From NCBI GenBank assembly GCA_001799845.1, contig MGUG01000013.1:22597-86596 (forward strand): 64,000 bases of DNA. The letters are read 5' to 3'. Position 1 is the stretch's first letter. The number at the start of each line of letters is the position of its first letter. The translations under genes and the position numbers were made by a program. This document shows positions 28,085 to 36,966 of this stretch, piece after piece. The notes under the pieces are model-generated. The model saw only the letters and a list, made by a program, of their open reading frames with translations. It made no database searches and was not told the DNA's origin. The DNA comes from Elusimicrobia bacterium GWC2_64_44. Its GTDB lineage: Bacteria; Elusimicrobiota; Elusimicrobia; Elusimicrobiales; UBA9959.

Positions 28085-28477
28085 TTACTGCTCCTCCCGG
28101 ACTTTTGCCGGGGCGGGGAGCGCCTTGTGGATGGTCTTCAGCACTTCCCGCGTGGAAAGGGTCTTGCACATGGTGCCGCGGCAGTTGGGGAACTTAGAAA
28201 AGCCGCGCACCAGCATGGGGTCCGCGCCCAGGGCGGACAGGACGACAAAAGGGATATGGGTGGTTTTCCGCATGTTCTGTATGGCCACGGCCACGTCGTG
28301 CCCGGTCATGTCGCCCAGGTTATAATCCAGCAGCACCAGGTCGGGCAGGTAGGAAAGCGCCGCCTTTACGCCGGCCGCCCCGCTGGAGGCGATCTGCGTT
28401 TTAAAGCCTTCCCGCTTCAGGCAATCCGCGAGCACCCAGGAAAGCTCCAGGTTGTCCTCGATGATAAGTATTTTCAT
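28085..28477 (-). CDS. single-domain response regulator
   Basis: ILIIEDN...LLDYNLGDM...LSA receiver motifs. ATG 28477 is 10 nt after TAGAAT (28488-28493). Confidence 0.75.
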   Translation of the reverse strand: MKILIIEDNLELSWVLADCLKREGFKTQIASSGAAGVKAALSYLPDLVLLDYNLGDMTGHDVAVAIQNMRKTTHIPFVVLSALGADPMLVRGFSKFPNCRGTMCKTLSTREVLKTIHKALPAPAKVREEQ

Positions 28478-28487
28478 CCCTTCGCCT

Positions 28488-28523
28488 ATTCTACAAAACA
28501 AAACCGCCGGGCTTCCCCGGCGG
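28488..28523 (-). promoter_or_regulatory. punctuation module: hairpin + TTTTGTTTTGTAGAAT
   Basis: Stem-loop 28504-28523 (loop CTTC). 10 nt to ATG 28477. Confidence 0.6.
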
Positions 28524-28543
28524 CTTCGGCGGCACCTATCCCG

Positions 28544-29884
28544 CTACTCCAGCATCTTGGCGGCGCGTTCGCCGATATCGGTGCCGGTAAGGGCCATGCC
28601 GAAGGCGCAGCCCTGCACGTCAACGCCGACCTGGCGCACATTGTATTTCACGCGGCCGTTGCCGTTCTTTACCAGGCCCTTGCCGATATCGTAACCGCCG
28701 TCGTAGGCGGCCGAAAAGAACACGCCGCCCACCGCGCCCACCACGGGGATGGCCGAATAAGAAGCGCCAGAATAGAAATGGTCTATGTCGGCTATCTGCG
28801 ACTGCGTGAGCTTGACCCCGAAATCCCGCTGGAAAGCCGCTACGTCGGCCTCGCCGTTGTAGCGGTAGTTCATCATCATTTCGTTGGCGGCCATGGCGGT
28901 CTTAACGCGGGTGGAAGCCAGGTTATTATAGACGGCCCGGGCGATGGGGTTGCTGTTGTAGGTGCTGCTGGTGTAGCCCGGCTGCGCCATCTTCTCCTCG
29001 GCCTTGGCCCAGACCTTGGCTACGGCCGTCTTTACCTTGGGGTCTTCGAAATATCTGGTGGGGTCGGCCGGGCTGTCGGGGATGTAGGACGTCGCAGGCG
29101 CGGGCTTGGGCGCGGCGGCTGGCTTGGGGGCGGCGGCCGCGCCGGCCATGACAGGCGGCGCGCTGGCCGTCAGGCTCTTGGTGGGCATCCTGGCTTCCGG
29201 CTTGGGCATAGCGAGGCGCTTGCCGCCCGCGCCGGAAAGATCGGCTGACGCCGTCGGGTCGGCGGCGCCGGAGTTTTTGCCGCCGTCGTACAATTGGCCC
29301 AGGCCTTGGGCGTCCTGGCCTTTCAGCTTGCCGTATTTCTTTTGGGCGGCGTCGTATTTCTTCTTCCGGCTTTTGGCCAGGTCGGCCTGCCTGGCCGCCT
29401 TCTCCTCGGCGGCCGAACTTTCCTGCGGCAGGGTTATGCCGTTCTCCCGCATCCAGAGCATGTCGGCGTCGGAATAATTGCCCTTCGAAGCTTTAGCGCG
29501 TATACTGGCGAGCCGCGCCTTCTTGGCCTCCAGCGAGGCGGCAATGGCGTCGCCGTTTTTGACGCAGACGCCTATCTGCCCCAGGTCGCTTTCGGTAAGC
29601 GACAGGATGGCCAGGCCGTCGCTTTGGTTCCTGGTGGCGGCCAGCTTGGAGCCGGCCCTTTCGCAGCCGGCCTTGGCCTTGGTCAGCGCGGCTTCCTGCT
29701 GGTCGCGCCCCAGGTCGGCCCAGCTTTCCTGATCCTCGCCGGTGTACTCGGAGAGCCAGGCCCAGACATCGTAATTCTCGGAGACGCGCGTCCCCCACGC
29801 CGTTTTTCCTTCGGCGCAAAAAGCGGCCGGCGGCGCTAACAGCGCGGCCAGGGCCAGCAGGCACAGGTATCTTCCAAGAAGCAT
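28544..29884 (-). CDS. secreted hypothetical protein (Ala/Pro/Lys-rich linker)
   Basis: Signal peptide MLLGRYLCLLALAALLAPPAAFC if the start is ATG 29884 (AGAGG upstream). 29929 is an alternative start. Confidence 0.55.
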   Translation of the reverse strand: MLLGRYLCLLALAALLAPPAAFCAEGKTAWGTRVSENYDVWAWLSEYTGEDQESWADLGRDQQEAALTKAKAGCERAGSKLAATRNQSDGLAILSLTESDLGQIGVCVKNGDAIAASLEAKKARLASIRAKASKGNYSDADMLWMRENGITLPQESSAAEEKAARQADLAKSRKKKYDAAQKKYGKLKGQDAQGLGQLYDGGKNSGAADPTASADLSGAGGKRLAMPKPEARMPTKSLTASAPPVMAGAAAAPKPAAAPKPAPATSYIPDSPADPTRYFEDPKVKTAVAKVWAKAEEKMAQPGYTSSTYNSNPIARAVYNNLASTRVKTAMAANEMMMNYRYNGEADVAAFQRDFGVKLTQSQIADIDHFYSGASYSAIPVVGAVGGVFFSAAYDGGYDIGKGLVKNGNGRVKYNVRQVGVDVQGCAFGMALTGTDIGERAAKMLE

Positions 29885-29941
29885 AAGCACAAGAACCTCT
29901 ATTAATAGTCTAACAGACGCTTCCGGCATGCGCAAGGACCA

Positions 29942-30175
29942 CTATTTCGAGGGAGCAAGGAGCTTAGAGACGGTCTTCAGCAGCCAGAAGCCGCCGAGTA
30001 CGACAGCTATGGAGAACAGCAGCAGTATCAGATCGATGAGCCCGAAACCGTATGGGACCCTTACCGCAAAGCGCCCGGAGATGGCGATCACTACCGCGGC
30101 CGCACTGGCCGCGAGATAAACCCAGGCCAGCACGCTCAGTCCCTTCCCCAACCAAAGCTTATGCTTTTCGTCCAT
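29942..30175 (-). CDS. small two-TM membrane protein
   Basis: 77 aa, 4 nt downstream of the preceding stop codon. Operon position. Confidence 0.5.
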   Translation of the reverse strand: MDEKHKLWLGKGLSVLAWVYLAASAAAVVIAISGRFAVRVPYGFGLIDLILLLFSIAVVLGGFWLLKTVSKLLAPSK

Positions 30176-30179
30176 ATGG

Positions 30180-30629
30180 TTATTTAGCGGGGCGCCCGCC
30201 GCCCCGTTCCAACTTTGCCGCCGCGGCCGCGACAGCGACAGAGCCGAGGGTGACGATGAGGCCGATGAAAACCCCGCCGGCCCGGTCATCGCTCTCGTTT
30301 AGCATGATGAAGACTTCTCCCACCGCGACAAAGCCGATAAGGGCCAGCGCGCAGTATTTTATGGTCCGCAGAGCTTTTACGGCCTCAGGCGAGCCCCACT
30401 TGTTTTCCCCGGCATAGCCCAGAACCTTGAACGCCTGGTAGAGCGCCGCAAAGAACGGGATGGACGCTATGTACGCGTACGCCAGGAAGGGATCCTTGAA
30501 GTAGATCTCGAAGAGCGTGGCCTGCGCGTTCCTGCCCTCGAGGTGCGGCTCCCAGAGCATAAAAGCAAGCGCGCACAGGCCAAGGAGCACAACGACCGCC
30601 TGAAGAAATACCGTATAGTTTTTTTTCAT
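30180..30629 (-). CDS. DUF2975-like four-TM membrane protein
   Basis: Topology and pattern (FEIYFKD...IPFFAALYQAFKVL) resemble DUF2975. Confidence 0.55.
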   Translation of the reverse strand: MKKNYTVFLQAVVVLLGLCALAFMLWEPHLEGRNAQATLFEIYFKDPFLAYAYIASIPFFAALYQAFKVLGYAGENKWGSPEAVKALRTIKYCALALIGFVAVGEVFIMLNESDDRAGGVFIGLIVTLGSVAVAAAAAKLERGGGRPAK

Positions 30630-30647
30630 TACGCCTGTTCCCGCTTT

Positions 30648-31613
30648 TTATTCTTTGTCTTTTACGCAGCGGCCGCGGCGGCAGACGGCCGCGGTGTTCT
30701 GGCCGTGGCAAATGTTCCATTTGCATACCGCCGCTCCGCCGTCGAGAACCGTACGCGGATCGCCGGCCGGCACGGCCGCGCAGCCGCAATTACTGTAGAT
30801 CAGCCTGCAGTCCTTGTCGGCGGCGCATTCGCCTTTGCGTTCATCGCGCGCGGTATACGCCGCGGAGGCCGGCACCATGCAGCGCACATGGGCGTTGTAG
30901 ATCTTCTCCGCCGCTACCCCCTTGCCGTCGCTGAAATCCAGGTACCAGGCCTTCCTCGGGAACGGCGCGTATTCCGTGGACGACCAGAAGCCCTCGCGGC
31001 AGTCCTCACCGCCGGCGGCGCACTGGTCGGCGAACATGGCCTTCAGCTCGGCCAGCGAAAGCAGGCGGCCGCCCCGGCTGCGGCAGTAATCCATGGCCTC
31101 GTTCCAGCGGCACTTTCCTTCTTCGCAATGGGTAAGGGTTTCGTCCACGCCGGTGGAACGCCTCTCGCGGCCCTCCACCCAGTAGATCTGCCGTATAGGC
31201 GGCACGTTGAGTCCGCGCAGAAGCATTTTGCGCAGCGCCACCCGGCGCGGCGGCAGCACAGCGAACCTGGCCAGCACGCCATTGGCGTAAAAGTCCCCGG
31301 TCACAATATCGGCCACATATTTGGCCCCGTCGTCAGCCACCAGCGTGACCACCAGGTTGACGGCGCCGCGCGGGGAGCTTATGCCGCCGCGCGAGAACGA
31401 GTATTTACCGGCGGCGTCCGTAGAGAAAACTATATCCAGCTGCGCCATCTCCTGGCGCCGGCTGACCGGGGCGGCAAGCGGCACTTCCGCCGCGGCATTG
31501 TCCTTAACCGTGACCGGCCCTGACAGCATGGCCTGCCTGGAATATTCGGCCGCCCCCGCGCCCCTCCCCAGGCCGCCGAGCAACAGCAGGAATCCGCAGC
31601 AAATAGTTCTCAT
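30648..31613 (-). CDS. secreted protein with DUF1566/Lcl C-terminal-like domain
   Basis: Signal peptide. RLLSLAELKAMF...FWSSTEY...WYLDFSDG...HVRC pattern. ATG 31613 is 11 nt after TAGAAT (31625-31630). Confidence 0.6.
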   Translation of the reverse strand: MRTICCGFLLLLGGLGRGAGAAEYSRQAMLSGPVTVKDNAAAEVPLAAPVSRRQEMAQLDIVFSTDAAGKYSFSRGGISSPRGAVNLVVTLVADDGAKYVADIVTGDFYANGVLARFAVLPPRRVALRKMLLRGLNVPPIRQIYWVEGRERRSTGVDETLTHCEEGKCRWNEAMDYCRSRGGRLLSLAELKAMFADQCAAGGEDCREGFWSSTEYAPFPRKAWYLDFSDGKGVAAEKIYNAHVRCMVPASAAYTARDERKGECAADKDCRLIYSNCGCAAVPAGDPRTVLDGGAAVCKWNICHGQNTAAVCRRGRCVKDKE

Positions 31614-31624
31614 ATCCACACCCT

Positions 31625-31700
31625 ATTCTACCAAAACAAAACCGCCGGGCTTCCCCGGCGGCTTCGACCAGTTAGGAAGATAGGAAGCAGCGTCCCCTCT
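31625..31700 (-). promoter_or_regulatory. full module: orphan type-B stop block + hairpin + TTTTGTTTTGGTAGAAT
   Basis: Block AGGGGACGCTGCTTCCTATCTTCCTAAC (31672-31699, minus). Stem-loop 31642-31661. TAGAAT 31625-31630. Confidence 0.65.
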
Positions 31701-31812
31701 CCCCCTCGTCCCCGCTATCCAAAAGGCCCACCCCGGAGTGGGTCTAATAACGCAGGGTTCAAGGCACCCCGGCCCATACGCCCGATATGCGGATCTGCCA
31801 TAATATATACAG

Positions 31813-32649
31813 ATGAACCCCACAAAATACGTTGCGCTTCTACTCATACCCCTTTTAACCCTTTCAGCCCTTCCCTCCCCGGCCGCCGCGGCCGCGGAGG
31901 TACAGCGCTTCTGCACCATGGACACGGCCGTGGGCCAGCTCATGAACAAGGCCGGTATCCCCGAGGATCTGCAGCGGGAGCCCGTGGTGCGGATGATGGC
32001 CGAGGACCTGGTGGCCGCCAAGCTGGCCGAGAAGCCGTCCGACACCGTGAAGATAGTCTGGAAAGATATTTACGACATGCGCGGCAGCGTGAACGCCTGG
32101 CTGGCCCAGAACGGCCATCCCTTTAACTACGTAGGTCAGGCCCTGGACGCGGTGGGTTCCGGTCTCACCGGCACCGTCGCCGGCAAAGTACTGATGATGA
32201 ACACCCTCATGCTGTCCGGCCCGGCCGGCTTCATAATGCTGGGCGGCATGAACATCACGCAGGAGACCTTTCAGTGCAACCCCAGCGGCATAGTGATGGC
32301 CGCCAACGCCGGCGCCACCATAGTGGTGCTGATCCCCTGGTGCCGCGTCCCCGGCGTAGGCAAAGGCTGCGTGGCCCTGGAGCACGGCGTGGCTAAAGGC
32401 ATAGAGAAGACGGCCGCCGGCCTCTTCGGCAAGGAAGTCACCGCCACTTTCCTCAAGTCCACCACCAATGGCGTCATGATGGCCATAAAGTTAAAATCGA
32501 CAGACCTGGTGATGACCGGAATGGAACTCCTGAACTACCTGGACCAGAAAAAGACCGTGCGCCAGGTGGACTTCGAAGTCGGAATCCCCGTGGACGCGGC
32601 CATAGAAGTCCCGACGCAGGCCCCCTCCGTTAACTGGGACAACCGCTGA
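31813..32649 (+). CDS. hypothetical secreted/membrane protein
   Basis: Signal peptide, Gly/Met-rich hydrophobic core. TAATAT box 6 nt before ATG 31813. Confidence 0.55.
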   Translation: MNPTKYVALLLIPLLTLSALPSPAAAAAEVQRFCTMDTAVGQLMNKAGIPEDLQREPVVRMMAEDLVAAKLAEKPSDTVKIVWKDIYDMRGSVNAWLAQNGHPFNYVGQALDAVGSGLTGTVAGKVLMMNTLMLSGPAGFIMLGGMNITQETFQCNPSGIVMAANAGATIVVLIPWCRVPGVGKGCVALEHGVAKGIEKTAAGLFGKEVTATFLKSTTNGVMMAIKLKSTDLVMTGMELLNYLDQKKTVRQVDFEVGIPVDAAIEVPTQAPSVNWDNR

Positions 32650-32671
32650 CGGCGGCGTCCCGCCCGCCAAA

Positions 32672-32737
32672 AAAGAACCGCCGGGCTCCCCCGGCGGCTT
32701 TGCATTAGTTAGGAAGATAGGAAGCAGCGTCCCCTCA
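32672..32737 (-). terminator. module: type-B stop block + hairpin (no -10), convergent position
   Basis: Stem-loop 32678-32697 (loop CTCC). The block abuts TGA 32735-32737. Confidence 0.65.
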
Positions 32738-33244
32738 GCCCACGTAGATGCGCCGGCTGGCGGCCAGGTCCACGCCCTCGGCGTCCAGGCTCACCTGCAC
32801 GCGCCACTCCACCCTGCTGCCAAAGCCGGTCAGCAGGCTCAAAGCCCCGCCCAGTATGGAGTTCCCCTCGCGCACCTCGCCGGCGGGCAGCGCTATCTTG
32901 AAATTGTAATTGGCCGTAAAGCCCGCCGGGTAAACGCGGGCTTCCTCAACTATCTGGCTAGCGCGGTAAACTTCGCGGGTCCTGCGCTGGCTGCGGCCTT
33001 TGTAGTTGCGCTCGGTATAGGTCTCCGTGGCCACCAGCGCGGCCACAAGCCTGTTGCCGTGTATTTCCTTCTTCGCCTCCAGCGCGAAGGTCCCTTCGAC
33101 CAGCTCGCCGCGCGCGAACGATTCCCTCTGCAGCGCTATCTTGATGCTGCCCTTCAGGAACCGCACCACAAAATACGCGGCCGCCCCCGCAGCGACAGCG
33201 ATAGCAACCACGATTATCAGCAAATTAACTGTTTCAGGCGCCAT
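32735..33244 (-). CDS. membrane-anchored hypothetical protein (Spo0M/arrestin-like fold guess)
   Basis: N-terminal TM helix then a beta-rich domain. AAGGGAGA SD. The functional call is weak. Confidence 0.5.
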   Translation of the reverse strand: MAPETVNLLIIVVAIAVAAGAAAYFVVRFLKGSIKIALQRESFARGELVEGTFALEAKKEIHGNRLVAALVATETYTERNYKGRSQRRTREVYRASQIVEEARVYPAGFTANYNFKIALPAGEVREGNSILGGALSLLTGFGSRVEWRVQVSLDAEGVDLAASRRIYVG

Positions 33245-33272
33245 AACATCTCCCTTTTTATCTATATCCCGA

Positions 33273-33312
33273 ATTCTACCAAACCGCCGGGCTTAGTTTG
33301 CGTCCTCTCAAC
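33273..33312 (-). promoter_or_regulatory. truncated module (half stem) + TTTGGTAGAAT
   Basis: GAGAGGACGCAAACTAAG-CCCGGCGG-TTTGGTAGAAT. The left stem arm is missing. Confidence 0.5.
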
Positions 33313-33314
33313 GG

Positions 33315-33515
33315 CTATTCCGCATTTGCAGAGAGAACACTATCGGCCTTTCCAAGGAACAGCACTATTAACGCCGCCAAAATCGGATTTATCAGCAAAG
33401 CCACTAATAACCATACCCATCCGCGACGTCCCCATTTGTCCGCCCAATGCGCGACCAGCAGGCAGGGCAGCCCCCAAAACACCAGACCGAGTATCATCAA
33501 CAATATAAAAGTCAT
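33315..33515 (-). CDS. small two-TM membrane protein
   Basis: 66 aa, ATGA overlap with the upstream small ORF, lower-GC segment. Confidence 0.45.
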   Translation of the reverse strand: MTFILLMILGLVFWGLPCLLVAHWADKWGRRGWVWLLVALLINPILAALIVLFLGKADSVLSANAE

Positions 33516-33736
33516 CAGTCTCCCTCCACTTTAAACGCCGGAACTGCTTTCGTCGTGAACCTGGAGCCCTCTACCAGGGTCGGCAGGACCTTCGACAGGA
33601 CCCACCCGTTCGTGCGCAGATAACGCTTGCCGTTCACTTTCATGCTCCACGGATAAGCCTTGTCCCCGGTAGGCGTGAAGGAGCGCACCAGTTTGTTCCC
33701 GCGGTACTGCTCGATGACGTATTCGGAATTCTTCAT
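33515..33736 (-). CDS. small hypothetical protein
   Basis: 73 aa, basic, lower GC, coupled to the following membrane ORF. Confidence 0.4.
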   Translation of the reverse strand: MKNSEYVIEQYRGNKLVRSFTPTGDKAYPWSMKVNGKRYLRTNGWVLSKVLPTLVEGSRFTTKAVPAFKVEGD

Positions 33737-33763
33737 ATGTGCACCACAGCTGCTTCTTTTTAG

Positions 33764-34747
33764 TTATTTGGCGGTTTTAGGGCAGGCGTCCAGTTCTTTC
33801 TGTCCCTGGAGATATTTTTCCTGCAGGGACCTTACGCTCGCGGCCATTTCCTTCATGGAACGCAGGGCGAAGAGCGGCCGGTCCCTGAAGAGCTCGGCCA
33901 GCGGGATGGAATGCGCGCCTTTGGCCAACTCGGTCTTAAGATCCAGTTTTTTCGCGTATTCGTAATCGTGGAAGTTGTAGATGGTGATGTCCAGCGACCG
34001 CAGGTCGTAGATGGTGGAGTACAGCGTGGAGGCCATGCCCTCTACGTGCACGGCGGCCAGCAGCGAGCGCATGGCGCTCACCGGCGCTTTCTTCATCCCT
34101 TTCAGCGCTTCCGTTGCAGTGTCGTAGCGCGCCTTTTCGGTCACGGCGCTGTTGCCGGGCTGCGCCAGGCTGAAGTTGGTGACCACGCGGAACTTCCCCG
34201 CCTTCTCCGTTACGGCCAGCTCGCCGTCCGGGCCTACCCCGACTACCGCGGCGTTGCCCTTGCTGTCCGCCAGCAGCGCCTGCATCTGCCTGAATTCCGA
34301 AACGCCGGCCGCCCTCCGTATGTTTTCGGAGGCCCTGTATTTTTTTATCAGCGCCACGGCCTCATCCACGGTGGCCGCCTTTTTAAGCACCAGCTCCATT
34401 ATATTCCCGCCGCTGTAGGGCGTATCGGCCGGGATAACCACCTCCACCTGGTTTACCAGCGGGGTGGCGGTAATGTCGTAAGCCAGGCCTTTCTCGTTCA
34501 GCCCGCCCTGCGGATAACCCGCCATGAAAGGCTCGGCCAAGTACGGGAACGTCATATAAAAATAGCCGTAGCCGGCGGCCGATGCCGGGACAAAGGTGAA
34601 AACGGACTCGTCCCCTATGGGGCTGTCCTCGTTGTTGGCAAACACGGAGTCGCGGCCGTCGGACCACATAAAGACCGTGCAGGCAGCAGCCCCGGCCGGC
34701 GCCGCCGCCAGATAAACAGCAAGACACAGGCAGCAGATGGGTTTCAT
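33764..34747 (-). CDS. Ntn-hydrolase (choloylglycine hydrolase / C45-like linear amide hydrolase)
   Basis: Signal peptide ending just before the nucleophile Cys (AAA-CTVF), and NNEDS motif. Confidence 0.6.
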   Translation of the reverse strand: MKPICCLCLAVYLAAAPAGAAACTVFMWSDGRDSVFANNEDSPIGDESVFTFVPASAAGYGYFYMTFPYLAEPFMAGYPQGGLNEKGLAYDITATPLVNQVEVVIPADTPYSGGNIMELVLKKAATVDEAVALIKKYRASENIRRAAGVSEFRQMQALLADSKGNAAVVGVGPDGELAVTEKAGKFRVVTNFSLAQPGNSAVTEKARYDTATEALKGMKKAPVSAMRSLLAAVHVEGMASTLYSTIYDLRSLDITIYNFHDYEYAKKLDLKTELAKGAHSIPLAELFRDRPLFALRSMKEMAASVRSLQEKYLQGQKELDACPKTAK

Positions 34748-36327
34748 TTGTTCTCCTTACTTTTTTCTTCGAGAAAACCTTTCAGCGCGAGATAGACGCC
34801 GTTTGTCCAGCCGAAGCCGTCCTGGCCGGGATATTCCCCGCCCCCGGCCTCCAGCGTGGTATCGATGACATTGTATTTTTCCATCATTTTCCCGGTGCGC
34901 GCGAATACCTTTTCGTTCAGCCCGGTCCAGCGGCGCGCTATTTCCATGGCGAGCTCGTGCTGCCCGTAGTTTTCCAGGCCGCTGACGGTCACCCATTGCA
35001 GCGGCGGCCAGCCGTTGGGGCTGTCCCACTGCTGCCCGGTGGCCGTCAGGGAGGTAACTATCCCGCCGGCTTTAAGGAGCTCACCCTTGATCATTTTAAC
35101 CGTCCCGGGAACACGGCTTTCCGGAGCAACCTTAAGAAAGAAAGGGTACATAGCCGCGGGCGTAAGCCGGCCGGTCCTCGCTCCCTTCCTGAAGTAATAA
35201 TCCTCGTAATACTTCTTCTCCGCATCGTACATCAGCTCGTTGATAGCGTTCTTCCGGTTCTCGGCCCGGCTCTTGAATACACGCGCTTTGCCCGGGTCCG
35301 AAGCTTTATACAGTTCATGAAGCGTCATTTCCACATCGTAGAGCAGGCAGTTAAGGTCCACCGGCGCGATGGATACGGTCTCTATAGAGGCCAGGGTGCG
35401 CCCGTCGGCGAACCAGCGGCTGGAAAAATCCATACCGCTTTCGGCGGCGGCGCGGATATCGCGGTACACCTCCGCTGCCGGTCGCGACGACGAGCCGGCT
35501 ACGGCTATGTCCTCTTTATACGCCTCCTGCCGGGGAGACGGGACATCGTCCCAGTAGCGGTTCAGGAACGCCGGGCCGATCTTCAGCACGCGACGCGCGG
35601 CGTCACCGTCCCTCTCCAGTTTGTCAGCCCCGTCCATCCAGAACCCGTATTCTTTTTCCATCGCCGGAAGATAGGCGCGCAACAGCCCGGCGTCGCCGCT
35701 GGTCGTGGCGAGCAGTTTGACCATAAGCGTAAAATACGGCGGCTGCGAGCGGCTCAGGTAATAAGTGCGGTTGCCGTTGGGTATGTGGCCATAGGTATCT
35801 ATAAGATAGGCGAAATTATCAGCCATGGCCCGCATCATGCCGGTCTTACCGTCGCGGGCGAGGCCGAGCATGGTGAAATATGAATCCCAGTAATAGATCT
35901 CCCTGAACCGCCCGCCGGGGACTATGTAGGGCCCGGGCAGCGGCAGCAGCGAGCCGGCCTGCGCGGGCGCGTCTTTCGGCCGTTCCAGCATGGCCCAGAG
36001 CGCGTGCACGCGCTCGGCCGCGCTTGAAGCTGAACTGATAACTACGGAAGCGCCCGTGGAAGGGAAAGCAAAATTCTCGGAGAGGAACCGGGTCAGCGAA
36101 AAGTCCGTCGCGCCGGAAGACAGGGCATAGGCGGCCATGATCTCCCGCGGAGCTTTAGTGGGAACGGCGTCCGGGAAAGCTTTGCTGTCGTTGAAAGTTC
36201 CGGAAAGCTGCACTTGCTCGAACAGTGCGCCGTAGACCTCGTCAGGCGCCGCCGGGGCGGCCGCATGCAGCTGAAGAGCGAACACCGCCGAGACCAATAA
36301 CAGCTGCAGGGGCTTGGTAATGAGCAT
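34744..36327 (-). CDS. treA: periplasmic trehalase (GH37)
   Basis: PGGRFREIYYWDSYFTMLGL and QWDSPNGWPPLQW signature regions. Signal peptide. Confidence 0.9.
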   Translation of the reverse strand: MLITKPLQLLLVSAVFALQLHAAAPAAPDEVYGALFEQVQLSGTFNDSKAFPDAVPTKAPREIMAAYALSSGATDFSLTRFLSENFAFPSTGASVVISSASSAAERVHALWAMLERPKDAPAQAGSLLPLPGPYIVPGGRFREIYYWDSYFTMLGLARDGKTGMMRAMADNFAYLIDTYGHIPNGNRTYYLSRSQPPYFTLMVKLLATTSGDAGLLRAYLPAMEKEYGFWMDGADKLERDGDAARRVLKIGPAFLNRYWDDVPSPRQEAYKEDIAVAGSSSRPAAEVYRDIRAAAESGMDFSSRWFADGRTLASIETVSIAPVDLNCLLYDVEMTLHELYKASDPGKARVFKSRAENRKNAINELMYDAEKKYYEDYYFRKGARTGRLTPAAMYPFFLKVAPESRVPGTVKMIKGELLKAGGIVTSLTATGQQWDSPNGWPPLQWVTVSGLENYGQHELAMEIARRWTGLNEKVFARTGKMMEKYNVIDTTLEAGGGEYPGQDGFGWTNGVYLALKGFLEEKSKENK

Positions 36328-36369
36328 TTTTTCCTCGCATTAACTCCCGGCCTATATCCTACCAAGTGT

Positions 36370-36440
36370 ATTCTAACAAAACAAAACCGCCGGGCTGGCC
36401 CGGCGGTCTATCGGCGCTCCAGGGATCGGCGTCACCTCTC
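36370..36440 (-). promoter_or_regulatory. full module: block variant + hairpin + TTTTGTTTTGTTAGAAT
   Basis: Stem-loop 36387-36406 (loop CTGG). Block AGGTGACGCCGATCCCTGGAG contains the VOC gene's stop codon. Confidence 0.6.
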
Positions 36441-36956
36441 CGCCACCAGCTTGTCGCTGTCCCCCACGGCGTACTCGCGCTTTAAAATGTCCGTCACCGA
36501 TTCACCCCCGAGCTGTTCGGCCAGCGCGATTATAATACCCTCGGGGCCGCGGAGGTAGCAGAGCCGGTAAATATCCTCGTACCGCACCACTTCGCCCACC
36601 AGCTCAGCCCCGAGCTTCTTGAGCCGGGCGACTACGTCGTCTATGCCCGTGACCGCGAACATGATGCGGTGCTTGCCCTGCGTGTTGACCGGCATCTCTG
36701 ATTCAGTGGCTATCGGCGCCGGCTTCCGGAACGTCGACAACTCCAGCCGACAGCCGCCATCGGGAGCCATCAGCATAGCGATGTCGCTTCGGACGCCTTC
36801 GAGCCCGAGAACGCGGTCTACCCATTTCCCTTCTACGGTCGTCTCTCCTTCGAGCTTCATGCCGAGCTCGACAAAGAAAGCGATGGCGGCCTGGAGGTCT
36901 TCGACGACAATGCTGACATTGTCCATCCGCAGCAGCCTGGATCTTTTTGATTTCAT
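36432..36956 (-). CDS. VOC/glyoxalase family protein
   Basis: Paired beta-alpha-beta-beta-beta pattern (DNVSIVVEDL...FFVELG, HRIMFAVTGIDD). Stop codon lies inside the module block AGGTGACGC. Confidence 0.7.
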   Translation of the reverse strand: MKSKRSRLLRMDNVSIVVEDLQAAIAFFVELGMKLEGETTVEGKWVDRVLGLEGVRSDIAMLMAPDGGCRLELSTFRKPAPIATESEMPVNTQGKHRIMFAVTGIDDVVARLKKLGAELVGEVVRYEDIYRLCYLRGPEGIIIALAEQLGGESVTDILKREYAVGDSDKLVAER

Positions 36957-36966
36957 AGCCGCAGCC

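Noticed and set aside
31745-31795. tRNA-like GGTTCAAGG segment in the orphan spacer before gene 31813.
   Set aside because: No T-stem complementarity, no acceptor stem and no anticodon arm can be drawn around it.
33315-33736. The coupled small ORF pair (73 aa plus a 66-aa membrane protein) considered as a toxin-antitoxin or abortive-infection module.
   Set aside because: No recognisable toxin, antitoxin or HTH motif in either protein. Only the size and the overlap are suggestive.
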